Source of the DNA: an uncultured Sphaerobacteraceae bacterium
Lineage (GTDB): Bacteria; Chloroflexota; Chloroflexia; Thermomicrobiales; UBA6265
DNA length: 60,566 nt
Reading direction: 5' to 3'
Assembly (NCBI GenBank): GCA_964622205.1
Contig: CAZUPA010000004.1
Coordinates: 1,622 to 62,187 of the forward strand
A program made the translations under genes and the position numbers. Below are positions 45,067 through 54,760 of this stretch, piece by piece. The first letter of the stretch is position 1. Each line of letters begins with the position of its first letter. The notes under the pieces are model-generated. The model worked only from the letters and a program-made list of their open reading frames with translations. It was not told the DNA's origin and made no database searches.

Positions 45067-45091
45067 CAACCCCTGATGGAGAGGATATGCC

Positions 45092-45580
45092 ATGGCATCC
45101 AGCGTGCGAACATCGACGTGGTTCACCATTGGCGAACTGGCCAAACGCACTGGCGTCGCCACCTCGGCCCTGCGCTTCTACGAGGAGCGCGGGCTGATCA
45201 GTTCGGTGCGCAACGAGTCGGGCCACCGGCGTTTTCCCCGCGCCGTTGCTCGCCGTGTCTCGTTCATCGTGTTCGCCCAACGCGTTGGATTGACGCTTGA
45301 GGAAATCGGGCAGGAGCTTGCCCGTTTGCCCAGCCACCGCATCCCGCGGGAGAAGGACTGGGACCGCCTGACCACCTTGTGGACCGCTCGCATCGAAGAG
45401 CGAATCCAGGAATTGCGCCGCCTGCAATCCGGTCTCACCCGGTGCATCGGCTGCGGCTGCCTCTCACTCCAGGAGTGCGCGGTCATGAATCCCCACGACC
45501 AACTGGCGGAACACGGTCCCGGGCCTCGCTACTGGTTCGGCGACGAGCCGCTCGCCGGGCGTGGTCCTGGCGACGAGTGA
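45092..45580 (+). CDS. soxR: Redox-sensitive MerR-family activator SoxR
   Basis: MerR HTH (IGELAKRTGV..SALRFYE..GL). Exact [2Fe-2S] motif CIGCGCLSLQEC (CX2CXCX5C). Confidence 0.9.
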   Translation: MASSVRTSTWFTIGELAKRTGVATSALRFYEERGLISSVRNESGHRRFPRAVARRVSFIVFAQRVGLTLEEIGQELARLPSHRIPREKDWDRLTTLWTARIEERIQELRRLQSGLTRCIGCGCLSLQECAVMNPHDQLAEHGPGPRYWFGDEPLAGRGPGDE

Positions 45581-45593
45581 CGGTTCCCGGCAA

Positions 45594-47048
45594 TCAGGCG
45601 GTTGGCTGCCGCTCCCGCTGGATGGTGATTCGATGCTCGCGCTGGATGCGGCGTCGCTTCACGGTCGGGCGTGGGCGGTACGCGGCGTAGGCGGGCGCAT
45701 GTTCCCCGGCGCCGGGCGGAGTTCGGTCGATTTCCACGCGCACGTCGCCAGTGGAACTGGCGTTCACGGTGATGTCCGGCGGGCCGATCTGGCGTTCGCC
45801 AGCGCCGTGCCCGGTGGCGAGTTCCACCTCGGTCCCGGCGTCATCGTCGCCGCCGAGCGCCACCAGCACCGTGTCGCTCTTCTCCGTGTCCGGCACCTGC
45901 AGGCGCACCCACAGGAATTCGAGCAACACCCGGAACACCGCCAGCGTGGGAACCGCGAGAATCGCGCCCAGCGCGCCCGCCACCTGCGTTCCGCCGATCA
46001 CCGCCACGAAAATCACCAGCGGATGCACGCGCACCGCGGTTCCCTGGATCCGCGGCGTGATGAGGTTGCCTTCCACCTGGTTGATCGCCACGTACAGGGC
46101 CGCCACCACCACCGCCATCTCCCACGAGATGGTGAGGGCCACCAACACCGCCGGGATACCGGCCAGGAACGCCCCCACATATGGCAGGATCGCCGTTACC
46201 GACATCCACACGCCAAGCACGATGGCGTAGGGAATATCCAGCAACAACAATCCGGCCGTCGCCATCATGCCCTGGATGATGATCGAAATCATGAGCCCGG
46301 CCAGGTAGCGCGAAAGCGACTCCCCGATTGTCGACCACAGTTTCGCGGCATCGGGCCGGTAGGCCGGCGAGAACGACGAAATGAACTGCTCGCGAAACCG
46401 CGGGATATCGATCAGCAGGTAGGTGGCGACGAAAATAACCCCGAAGCTGGTTATCGCCAGCGAAAACGAGCGAGTCAGGCCCTCTATGGCCCCATTGAGC
46501 GCCTGTTCCGCTACCGCCTGGGTGCGATCCAGGAGGTTCCCCTGTACATCCTCGATCACCAGGTCGGGATGACGGTCGATCCAGCCGCGCTGGTAGAAAT
46601 TCATCAGCACGTCGCGTGCCGTTTCCTCCACCGACGCCGCGATCGCTGGAATCTGCTCGGCGAACTGGCTAATTTCCTTGATCGCGAACGGCACGATCAG
46701 GATCAGGCCGATAATCGCCATCGCCACCACCGAGCTGATAACGATCAGGATCGCCAGACCGCGTGGCATGAACCGTTCCAGCAACCGCACCGGAAACGAG
46801 AGCACCAGCGAGAAGGTCGCCCCGATCAGGAGCAGCCGCAGCACGCTTGGGGCAAGCGAGAACAGCCAGATGACCGCCAGCAGGATCGCCGCCAGCAGGA
46901 TCAGTCTGGTGCGTTGGGTGATGTAGATCGGGGTTGGCGCCATGTCCTCGAGGATATCGACAACCTGATCGGTTGGCGAAGGGCCGGCGTCTGGTTTGGA
47001 TACCCGCGATCTGAACAGGGAACGGCGTGCGTTCTGGAGGTGCTGCAT
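45594..47048 (-). CDS. AI-2E (PerM/YhhT) family transporter with a ~120-aa C-terminal cytoplasmic extension
   Basis: Family blocks are present: YL.GL......G......LLLLDIPYA..LG and NQVEGNLITPRI.G. About 8 TM segments. Confidence 0.8.
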   Translation of the reverse strand: MQHLQNARRSLFRSRVSKPDAGPSPTDQVVDILEDMAPTPIYITQRTRLILLAAILLAVIWLFSLAPSVLRLLLIGATFSLVLSFPVRLLERFMPRGLAILIVISSVVAMAIIGLILIVPFAIKEISQFAEQIPAIAASVEETARDVLMNFYQRGWIDRHPDLVIEDVQGNLLDRTQAVAEQALNGAIEGLTRSFSLAITSFGVIFVATYLLIDIPRFREQFISSFSPAYRPDAAKLWSTIGESLSRYLAGLMISIIIQGMMATAGLLLLDIPYAIVLGVWMSVTAILPYVGAFLAGIPAVLVALTISWEMAVVVAALYVAINQVEGNLITPRIQGTAVRVHPLVIFVAVIGGTQVAGALGAILAVPTLAVFRVLLEFLWVRLQVPDTEKSDTVLVALGGDDDAGTEVELATGHGAGERQIGPPDITVNASSTGDVRVEIDRTPPGAGEHAPAYAAYRPRPTVKRRRIQREHRITIQRERQPTA

Positions 47049-47304
47049 GTGCGAGCTGGGTCCCGTGGCTAATCGTGAACGGCGGAACTGCCGGGATCAG
47101 GCTGGCTCCATGATACGCGACCCGCCCTTCCGGCACGCCTGGAGGTAACTCCTATCCCATATGTCGGATTTAATGCCTAATCCATAGTAGATGTATCAGA
47201 ATTAGGACTATTTGCATGTGAACCTTAATTGCGATACCATGGGCGCACGTTGCCGGAAGCACGGTACGTTGCATGGATGATGAGTCGCACCATGGAGGTG
47301 ACGG

Positions 47305-47517
47305 ATGTTGCAGGTACAGCAGGGACAGTGTGGCTATTGCGTTCACTTCGGTGAGAACGAGCCCAGCGAGCAGCCGAAGCTCATCCAGATTCGCCTGAAG
47401 GGTGAGGCCCCCGACGACCTGGTCGAGAAGTGCGGGCTTCCAGCCAACCAGGAAGTCGGCCTCAAGGTCAGCCCGATCAGCGGCTGCCGTGGCTTCGAGC
47501 CCGCGCCACAGGCGTAA
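47305..47517 (+). CDS. Orphan 70-aa Cys-containing protein, hypothetical
   Basis: Strong SD (GGAGGTG, 5-nt spacing), an AT-rich upstream region and a textbook terminator 30 nt downstream. Motifs CGYC...C...C. I recognise no family. Confidence 0.6.
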   Translation: MLQVQQGQCGYCVHFGENEPSEQPKLIQIRLKGEAPDDLVEKCGLPANQEVGLKVSPISGCRGFEPAPQA

Positions 47518-47547
47518 AACCCGCTCCCATCCTGCGGGAACAACAGG

Positions 47548-47586
47548 AAAACACCCAGACGGCCTATTCGCCGTCTGGGTGTTTTT
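47548..47586. terminator. Bidirectional intrinsic terminator
   Basis: AAAACACCCAGACGG-CCTATTCG-CCGTCTGGGTGTTTT. The stem is perfect and flanked by an A tract and a T tract. It lies between convergent genes. Confidence 0.85.
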
Positions 47587-47673
47587 GAATTTTCCGCCAT
47601 CACCAACCACACCATACTGGTAGCGGCGAAGTTTATCTTCGCCTGGCAGACATCTCCCCGCTCACCGCCGGCA

Positions 47674-48117
47674 TTACCAACCGCGTCGCGCGCGTTCTCG
47701 CTCCACCAGCACCAGGCTGTCCCGTGTCCATTGCTGTGCATCCGGATGCGCCATCATGCCGTCGAATGTGAGCCATTCGACCGCCGCGACCTCATCTGGT
47801 GAGGCCGCGAAGGGTGTGCCCGTGAGCGAGCGCGCCAGCATCACCACATCGAGCACGGTCTCCTCGCCCACGCCAAACGTATGGGATTCCACGTACACCA
47901 CGGGCTCATCCAGCTTCAGGCCGGTCTCTTCGTGTACCTCGCGGCGGGCCGTTTCCTCCAGGATGTTGCCCACCGGAAAGCCGGGATCAACCTTCCCGCC
48001 CGGAAACCCGACCCACCTCGCGCCATACGACTCCCCGTCGCCCCGCGTCGTGGCGAGATAGCGCCCATCGCGCACCACGGCGACTTCCACATTCACGATC
48101 ATCAGGTGCGAACTCAT
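47674..48117 (-). CDS. NUDIX hydrolase
   Basis: Nudix box: GGKVDPG....ILEETARREVHEETGL. The start is set at MSSHL because GGAGGA lies 10 nt upstream. The tracked ORF extends in-frame to 48411 without support. Confidence 0.8.
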   Translation of the reverse strand: MSSHLMIVNVEVAVVRDGRYLATTRGDGESYGARWVGFPGGKVDPGFPVGNILEETARREVHEETGLKLDEPVVYVESHTFGVGEETVLDVVMLARSLTGTPFAASPDEVAAVEWLTFDGMMAHPDAQQWTRDSLVLVERERARRGW

Positions 48118-48643
48118 CGGTCTTCGATCCTCCATCGTTCCTAACGAAAAGAGCTTGCGCCAGCAGGCGGAGCGGATGGATTCGCGTCGCACACCGCGGG
48201 CCGCCACTTGCTCATCGTATGCGATGCGTCGTGCCCAATCGCGGCGGGTTCGCCCGTACCCGGTGACGCGAAGATCGCCTGTTGCCGGTTTCGCTTGTGT
48301 GGAATCCTGACACGCGTAGAGCAATCCGGTAGCGGTGAATCGCGTGTCTTCGCCCTGTTTGGGCGCGCGATCCTCGCGAATGGCTCGCCCCTGGACCACA
48401 TTCGGACGCAATCTTATGTCGATATAACGGTTGGTGCAAAAGGCGAGTCATGCTGCTACCATGAGGCAATTCCGAATTCACCCTTGACTAATCGTGGGAG
48501 CGCTTCCACAATTCCACTATCGTTTCCGGAAAACCGGGAAACTGAATACGGGTCCCAGTTCGACGGCGAAGTGCGCACTTCGCCATGGACACAGCGAATC
48601 TCATCTCGATATGGCGTCATCTCGTTATCCATGGAGGTGTTTC

Positions 48644-50041
48644 ATGTCCGGTAAGCGAAGTACATTCTCGCGTCGCGGCGCCTTCAAGGCCGCCGCGGTC
48701 ACCACCGTTGGCCTCAGTTTCGCCAACGCGCCTGTCGTCGGCATCCGCCGCGCCGGTGCCCAGGAGACCACGCTCACCTGGATGTCCAACCAGCGGCACG
48801 ACAAGGCGGTGAAGGAAGAACTCTTCGCCCGCTACGCCGAGGAAACCGGCGTCACGGTCGAAATGCAAATCTTCGCCGACGAGTATCCCGATCAACTCAA
48901 GCTGGCCTTCGAGTCGGGCAATCCTCCCGACATGTTCAACATGAACCAGCCCCGCCAGCAGGCCGAAGCCGGCTGGAGCGAGCCGCTCACCGCTCTCGTC
49001 GATGCCGAGCCAGGCTTCCGGGAATCCTTCATCCCCGGTTCCTTCCTCGAAAACCAGGGCATCTACGGCGGCGAGATTTACGGTCTCCCGATGTATGCGC
49101 AAACCATGCGCCTGTACTACAACCGGCGTCTCTTCGAGGCGGCCGGTCTCGATCCCGCCGCTCCTCCCACTACCTGGACCGAGCTGCGCGAATACTCGAA
49201 GGCCATTTCGGATGCCGGCACCGGCGCCTATGGATTCATCTTCGGCGACAAGTTCCCGTGGGTCTGGGACATGAATGTCCTCCGGCTCGGCGGCGGCGCT
49301 GGGGCGTATCCATACGATTGGTCGACCGGGAGCTACGCCCACAACTCCGATGGCTTCAAGCAGGCCATGGAACTCATCATCGGCATCAACGACGACGGCG
49401 GCCTGTTCCCCGGCGTCCACACGCTCACGGATGACGATGCCCGCCAGCAGTTCTCCATCGGCATGGCCGGCATGATCATCGGCGGTTCCTGGAACCCCGG
49501 CGTGTTCAACGACCAATTCACCTCCGAGGAGGATTGGGAAACCGCCTTCCTGCCGTTCCCCGATGGTGGCCAGACTGGCCGCATTCGCCAGTACATCGGC
49601 GACCGCTACACCATCTCCGCCCAGAGCCAGAACAAGGAAGCCGCCTGGGAGTTCCTCAAGTGGCTCTACTCGGCCGAGATCATGACCGAGATGTTCGAAC
49701 GGGGCATGGGCGTCATGGCAGTCGCCGCCGCCAATACCGGTGAGTCCGACGTCCGCGGCATCCCCAACCTCGCGCCAACCGAGAACGATGTCATCCCGCC
49801 GCCCGAGCCGGAACTCCCGACCCAGACGCCGGACAACACCACCACGCTCCAGATGATCTTCGACGATCCAGGCAGCATGGACTCTGCCCTCGCCGATCTC
49901 GACGAGCGCTACAACGCCGCCTTCGAAGCCTCGGTCGCCGATGGCAGCCTCGTTCGCGAGGACTACGTCGTCGCCGATTGGGATGGCATGACCTGGGTCT
50001 CCGGCGGCGCTCCGGATGAGACCGCCACTCCGGCGTCGTAG
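48644..50041 (+). CDS. ABC sugar transporter substrate-binding protein (family 1), Tat-like signal
   Basis: SRRGAFKAAAVTTVG signal. Family-1 SBP blocks. GGAGGTG is the RBS. Confidence 0.85.
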   Translation: MSGKRSTFSRRGAFKAAAVTTVGLSFANAPVVGIRRAGAQETTLTWMSNQRHDKAVKEELFARYAEETGVTVEMQIFADEYPDQLKLAFESGNPPDMFNMNQPRQQAEAGWSEPLTALVDAEPGFRESFIPGSFLENQGIYGGEIYGLPMYAQTMRLYYNRRLFEAAGLDPAAPPTTWTELREYSKAISDAGTGAYGFIFGDKFPWVWDMNVLRLGGGAGAYPYDWSTGSYAHNSDGFKQAMELIIGINDDGGLFPGVHTLTDDDARQQFSIGMAGMIIGGSWNPGVFNDQFTSEEDWETAFLPFPDGGQTGRIRQYIGDRYTISAQSQNKEAAWEFLKWLYSAEIMTEMFERGMGVMAVAAANTGESDVRGIPNLAPTENDVIPPPEPELPTQTPDNTTTLQMIFDDPGSMDSALADLDERYNAAFEASVADGSLVREDYVVADWDGMTWVSGGAPDETATPAS

Positions 50042-50133
50042 AACTTCCGGGTAGCCCCGCGACCTCGGGCTGGCGGGCCATCCGGGTTCACCCTCCTTCA
50101 ACGACGGTGAGCCCGGGCGGTCACACGAGGTGA

Positions 50134-50157
50134 GCCAGCCGCCATTCGGCGGCTGGC
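50134..50157 (+). terminator. Perfect 10-bp hairpin between the SBP and permease genes (intercistronic)
   Basis: GCCAGCCGCC-ATTC-GGCGGCTGGC. Confidence 0.5.
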
Positions 50158-50181
50158 CGCGGGGAATGGGATGGCTGAACC

Positions 50182-51174
50182 ATGGCGATGACGGCGCCGG
50201 CCGAGAAGGCCGGGGGAAATCTCGTATCGGAAGCCGCGGGATCGAAGGGCAAATCGCTCTGGGAACGGCATGGCCCGGCGTACATCATGTGCATGCCAAC
50301 CATCGCCCTCTTCCTGATCTTCATGGCCTTCCCGATCTGCTACGTGCTGTACACCTCGACCCTCGACTGGAACGGGATCGAAAGCGCCTTCAAGGCCCCG
50401 TTCGTGGGGCTGGATAACTACGAACGCCTGATTCAGGACGAACTCTGGTGGCGCGCGGTGCGGAACACACTGCTCTATGCGGCTATCAAGATCGTGGTCG
50501 AGCTACCGCTCGCGCTCCTGCTCGCCGTCGTCCTCAATTCCGGCATTCGCGGTGTCGTCGGGTTCCGCACTATCGGGTTCATCCCGGTCATCACCAGCAT
50601 CGCGGTGGTGTCGCTGGCCTTCACGTTCTTCTTCTCCCCGCTGCCTGGCGCTCCGTTCAATGAGATGCTGGTCAACCTCGGCATCATCGAGCGGCCCATC
50701 GCATTCCTTGGCGAACGCGCCACGGCATTCTGGACAGTCACGGGCATCGCCATCTGGCACGACCTGGGGATCAACATGGTCTTCTTCCTGGCCGCGTTGC
50801 AAACGGTTCCCAAGGAACTTTACGAGGCCGCCAAGGTCGATGGAGCCAACGCCCGCCAGCGGTTCCTCCATATCGACGTGCCTGTCATCCGGCCATTGAC
50901 CGCCGTTATCATCACGCTTTCCCTTGCCGGCTCGCTCAAGGTTTTCGATTACTTCTCGGTGCTCACCGGTGGTGGTCCAGGGTTCTCCACGACGACGATG
51001 GTGCTCTACATGTTCCGTTACACCTCGTTTGGCGGGGGAGGGCTTGCCGGGGCGACATCCCAGCCTGAGGTCGGCTACGGCTCGGCGGTGGCCATCGGAC
51101 TCGGTCTCATTATCTTCGCGGTCGTGCTGCTGCAGCAGTATGTCAATCGCCTGCAGGATCGGAGGGCGAACTAA
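50182..51174 (+). CDS. ABC sugar transporter permease (MalF/UgpA-like)
   Basis: Six TM segments. EAA loop: YEAAKVDGAN..QRF..I..P. Confidence 0.85.
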   Translation: MAMTAPAEKAGGNLVSEAAGSKGKSLWERHGPAYIMCMPTIALFLIFMAFPICYVLYTSTLDWNGIESAFKAPFVGLDNYERLIQDELWWRAVRNTLLYAAIKIVVELPLALLLAVVLNSGIRGVVGFRTIGFIPVITSIAVVSLAFTFFFSPLPGAPFNEMLVNLGIIERPIAFLGERATAFWTVTGIAIWHDLGINMVFFLAALQTVPKELYEAAKVDGANARQRFLHIDVPVIRPLTAVIITLSLAGSLKVFDYFSVLTGGGPGFSTTTMVLYMFRYTSFGGGGLAGATSQPEVGYGSAVAIGLGLIIFAVVLLQQYVNRLQDRRAN

Positions 51175-52097
51175 TGGCAACCGACGCCAACGCCCCCTCC
51201 TCGCTGGACACCCGTTCATTCGAGGTGGCGGTCGATCCCGATCGTGGCCGCAAGCGGGTGACCGGAGCGCTTTCCAGCGTGGTCAAATACGGCCTGCTCC
51301 TCATCTATATGGTTATCTGCCTCTATCCATTCGTCTGGATGGTGGCGACATCTCTCCGCGATCAACGGTCGGTCTTCACCTCCGGCTCATCGCTCTGGGT
51401 CTCGAACCCGAACTGGCAGAACTACGTCGATATCTGGAACTCCGCCAATATCCCTCGCGCCTTCATCGTCACCATCGTCATCACCGCAGCCTGCATGGTG
51501 CTTACCATCCTCACCACGTCGATGACGTCGTACGCGCTGTCGCGGTCCAATTTCCCCGGGAAACAGGCCATTCTCTTCTGCCTGCTCGCGACACTGCTGA
51601 TCCCCGGCGAAATGCTGGTGATCCCCACCTTTTATGTGAACCGCACCTTCGGTTTCGTGGGCGATGGCAAGGCGCTCATCGCGGTCATCCTCGTCACCAC
51701 CGCCGGCGCCCAGGCGTTCAACGTCTACCTCATGCTCGGGCACTTCCGCACGATCCCCAAGGATTTGTTCGATTCCGCCGAACTCGATGGCGAAACCTAC
51801 TTCGGCACCTACTGGCGAATCGCCTTTCCGCTGATTCGGCCCGCCATCGCCACCATCACCCTGCTTACCTTCATGGGCGTCTGGAACGCCTATCTCATCC
51901 CGCTCGTCTACCTGGCCCCACTGCCCGAATGGCAAACATTGACCATCGCATTGGTACAGTATTCGAAACAGTTCCAAACGCTCTATCACATCATGGCCGC
52001 CGGGGCAGTCATTGGCCTCGTGCCAGTCATCCTGGTATTCATCTTCCTTCAGCGCTATTTCATCCAGGGTCTCACCGACGGCGCGACGAAGGGCTGA
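51174..52097 (+). CDS. ABC sugar transporter permease (MalG/UgpE-like)
   Basis: EAA loop: FDSAELDGET.FG.YWRI..PL. TAATG overlap with the upstream gene. Confidence 0.85.
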   Translation: MATDANAPSSLDTRSFEVAVDPDRGRKRVTGALSSVVKYGLLLIYMVICLYPFVWMVATSLRDQRSVFTSGSSLWVSNPNWQNYVDIWNSANIPRAFIVTIVITAACMVLTILTTSMTSYALSRSNFPGKQAILFCLLATLLIPGEMLVIPTFYVNRTFGFVGDGKALIAVILVTTAGAQAFNVYLMLGHFRTIPKDLFDSAELDGETYFGTYWRIAFPLIRPAIATITLLTFMGVWNAYLIPLVYLAPLPEWQTLTIALVQYSKQFQTLYHIMAAGAVIGLVPVILVFIFLQRYFIQGLTDGATKG

Positions 52098-52133
52098 CAC
52101 ATCGACCATTGACGGAATGGATGGGGGACGAAG

Positions 52134-52166
52134 GACCCGGGCGCATGGCTGGCGCCCGGGTCTTTC
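52134..52166 (+). terminator. Intrinsic terminator after the sugar ABC operon
   Basis: 11-bp stem GACCCGGGCGC / GCGCCCGGGTC, followed by TTTCG. Confidence 0.65.
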
Positions 52167-52663
52167 GCGTCCGCCGATCTTGCATGGATACTGGCTGATG
52201 CGGAGTCCGGAATGTCCTACGGATTCCGGCTGAGGGCCACGGGCAAATGGGGCTACAGACTCTGGCTACGCACCGCATGGAAAGAGGCGTGATCCGACGC
52301 CAGAGCCGTAGCCCCGTACACTGTGATCCCGACACGCCAGGACCCACTCGCCATCTGCTCGCTGGTCTGCCCCTATACGCGCACGGTCAGCACGTCGCGG
52401 GATACCGAGACATGCTCTGTTTCACGCCAATTCACCCGGACTCCGTATGAAACCGGCGCCAATCGAACGTCTCCGCGCTCAGAAAATGTTCATCATGCCG
52501 AGCGGAGCGAGGCATCCCCGGACGAAGGCCATGGCGGCGAAGCCGCCTCTCCCATGCTTGGCGATGGCGCGAGATGAATTCGACCGCTACCAGACCCTTG
52601 CGCGAATGAATTCCCGGGCCGGAGAAACGGGCTGCTGGAAACCTGAATCCTGGATGGTCGCTA

Positions 52664-54076
52664 TCAGGCCGGGTGATGATCCAGCACGTCGTCCAGCCAG
52701 TCGAAGATCACCTGCGACCTCCGGCCCATCGCCTTCGGTTCGCAGTGGAGATCCGCGCCCTCGGCGGCGGTGAACCGCGCGATCGTACCCGTACCCTCTG
52801 GCAACGCTTCGTACACCTGGTCGGACTGCCCCGGCCAGAACGACTCGCCCTCCGGATCGGTCACCAGCACGGGGCAGGTCACCCCGTCCAGCACGCCATC
52901 GAGCGTATAGTCGCGCAGCAGGCGCAGCAATTCCGCCACCGAATCCGTCCCGTAGGGATAGGTGCGGAACGCGACGGTGAACGCCAACTCGGGAGAGGTC
53001 GCCGCCTCTTCCTCGATCATCGAGTCTATGCCTTGCGTGATCGCGGCCAGCTCGTCACCCTCTGCGGCATAGAGTTGCTGGAGCACCTCATCGAACTCCG
53101 GTGGAAAATTCGCCCGCCACGAAGTGCCAACGTCGAATACTCCCGGATCGGCCACGGCCGCCGCGATCCGGTGTTCGAAGGCCACCGCCCGTGGAACCCA
53201 GTAGCCAGCCTGGCTCACTCCGGACAGGGCGATGCGTTCGGCATCGACATCGGGCATGGTGAGCAGGAAGTCGACGACCGGGGTAATCACCGCTTCCCAG
53301 TCGGGCCGGAAGTACAGGTTCTGGCGGAAAAGTGCCGCGTTCTGGCCGGGACCGTCGAAAATGAGTACGTTGTAGCCACGTCGCAGGGCCGCCGCCGCGC
53401 CGAACGTCCACATATCCGTGTCGCTGCCATCGCTGCCGTTGTTGAGGATGATCCATGGCCGGGCGGCGCCGGAATCGTCGACGCGCAGGAGATAACCCGG
53501 CAGGGTCGTGTCCTCATAGGGAATCTCGACCATCTCGGCTGGCACATCGAGCCGGGCGAGGAAGGCATCGAGGCAATCACGGTGCATCTCCCAGTTCGTC
53601 ACCAGCCGCTCTGGCGAATCGGTCCCGAGCGAAAGCCAGGTGGCGCTGGCGTAATACGCGGAGGCTCGCAGGTACGCCTCCCGGGCGCTGATCCTGGCCC
53701 CGGCGGCATCGCTGGCGTCACCGATCGCCTTCAGCCGGTCGCCCAGTTCCACCCAGGCGTCGCACCAGCTCGCGTAGTCGCCATCGGTGATGTTGGAGGC
53801 GGCCGCGAAGCACTCGCCGATGTCGGCGGCCTGCTCGAACGTGCCGCCCAGCTTGAGCAGGAACTCGAAGTTGAACGTCTCGTTCTGGAAAATCACTGGA
53901 ACGGTGGTAAACGCTTCGGCGACTGGAGTGGCGGCCGGGGTTGCCTGCATGCTGGATGCGGTCACGGCGCTGTTGGACGCCAGCAGCGCGAAGCCGCCCG
54001 CGCCGATGAGGGCCGTGCGGCGCGACAGGCGCGCGCCTGGCATCGACCACTGAAGGTAGTGACGAGAATCGACCAT
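52664..54076 (-). CDS. Alpha/beta hydrolase (DUF1100/peptidase-like), Tat-exported
   Basis: SRRTALIGAGGFALLA signal. Nucleophile elbow SGVSQAGYW. The later Asp/His region is consistent with the alpha/beta fold. Confidence 0.7.
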   Translation of the reverse strand: MVDSRHYLQWSMPGARLSRRTALIGAGGFALLASNSAVTASSMQATPAATPVAEAFTTVPVIFQNETFNFEFLLKLGGTFEQAADIGECFAAASNITDGDYASWCDAWVELGDRLKAIGDASDAAGARISAREAYLRASAYYASATWLSLGTDSPERLVTNWEMHRDCLDAFLARLDVPAEMVEIPYEDTTLPGYLLRVDDSGAARPWIILNNGSDGSDTDMWTFGAAAALRRGYNVLIFDGPGQNAALFRQNLYFRPDWEAVITPVVDFLLTMPDVDAERIALSGVSQAGYWVPRAVAFEHRIAAAVADPGVFDVGTSWRANFPPEFDEVLQQLYAAEGDELAAITQGIDSMIEEEAATSPELAFTVAFRTYPYGTDSVAELLRLLRDYTLDGVLDGVTCPVLVTDPEGESFWPGQSDQVYEALPEGTGTIARFTAAEGADLHCEPKAMGRRSQVIFDWLDDVLDHHPA

Positions 54077-54307
54077 GGAGAGTCCTCACTCGATTGGAGA
54101 ATATGGCGGTCCGGACTAGTTGCATGAACCCACATCCACAATGTCGTAGCGAGGAACCGCTGTCAATCCCCATTCATGGTCGATGAGGCGACCATGCCAG
54201 AAGTCCCGGCCTGTTCCGGCGGCACTCCACCCGCCGGGCGGCGCCTATGGGATGCTGGACTCCACACCGCGACATCCTGGGAAAGCCAGGGGCGAAGGGA
54301 GGCCGCA

Positions 54308-54760
54308 TTGTTCACGCTTGAACCGATTGGCGAGGATGATTTCGAGTTCCGCTACCAGGTGTACGAGTCCACTGTCAAACCCTACCTCGATGAAACGATG
54401 GGGTGGACCGGCGAGCAGCACCGCGCCGCGATCCGGTCCAACCTGGCCGGAAGCACAACCCATTTCGCGGTCGTGGTGGATGGTGTCCGGGCCGGAATCG
54501 TGCGGATAGTCGAGCGGGACGAGACGATCACCCTGGAGCAGATCGAAATCCTGCCCGAGTTCCAGGGGGAAGGGATTGGCACGGCCCTGATCGGGTCGCT
54601 CATCGAGCGATCCCGGCTCACTGGCTGCCCAATCGATCTCAGCGTCTTCATCACTAATCCGGACGCGAGACGGCTATACGAGCGGCTGGGGTTTAAGATG
54701 GTGTCCGAATCCGACCGCGATATCCGGATGCGATACACGCCGGCTCCAGGCACAAGTTAA
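54308..54760 (+). CDS. GNAT family N-acetyltransferase
   Basis: Acetyl-CoA block: Q.EI.PEFQG.GIGTALI. A TTG start at 54308 is preferred (GGGAGG 5 nt upstream). In-frame ATGs at 54176 and 54194 are alternatives. Confidence 0.75.
   Translation: MFTLEPIGEDDFEFRYQVYESTVKPYLDETMGWTGEQHRAAIRSNLAGSTTHFAVVVDGVRAGIVRIVERDETITLEQIEILPEFQGEGIGTALIGSLIERSRLTGCPIDLSVFITNPDARRLYERLGFKMVSESDRDIRMRYTPAPGTS

Noticed and set aside
48118-48411. In-frame 98-codon upstream extension of the NUDIX ORF
   Set aside because: A strong SD precedes the internal ATG at 48117. The extension has no Nudix-family similarity and shows non-coding-like composition.
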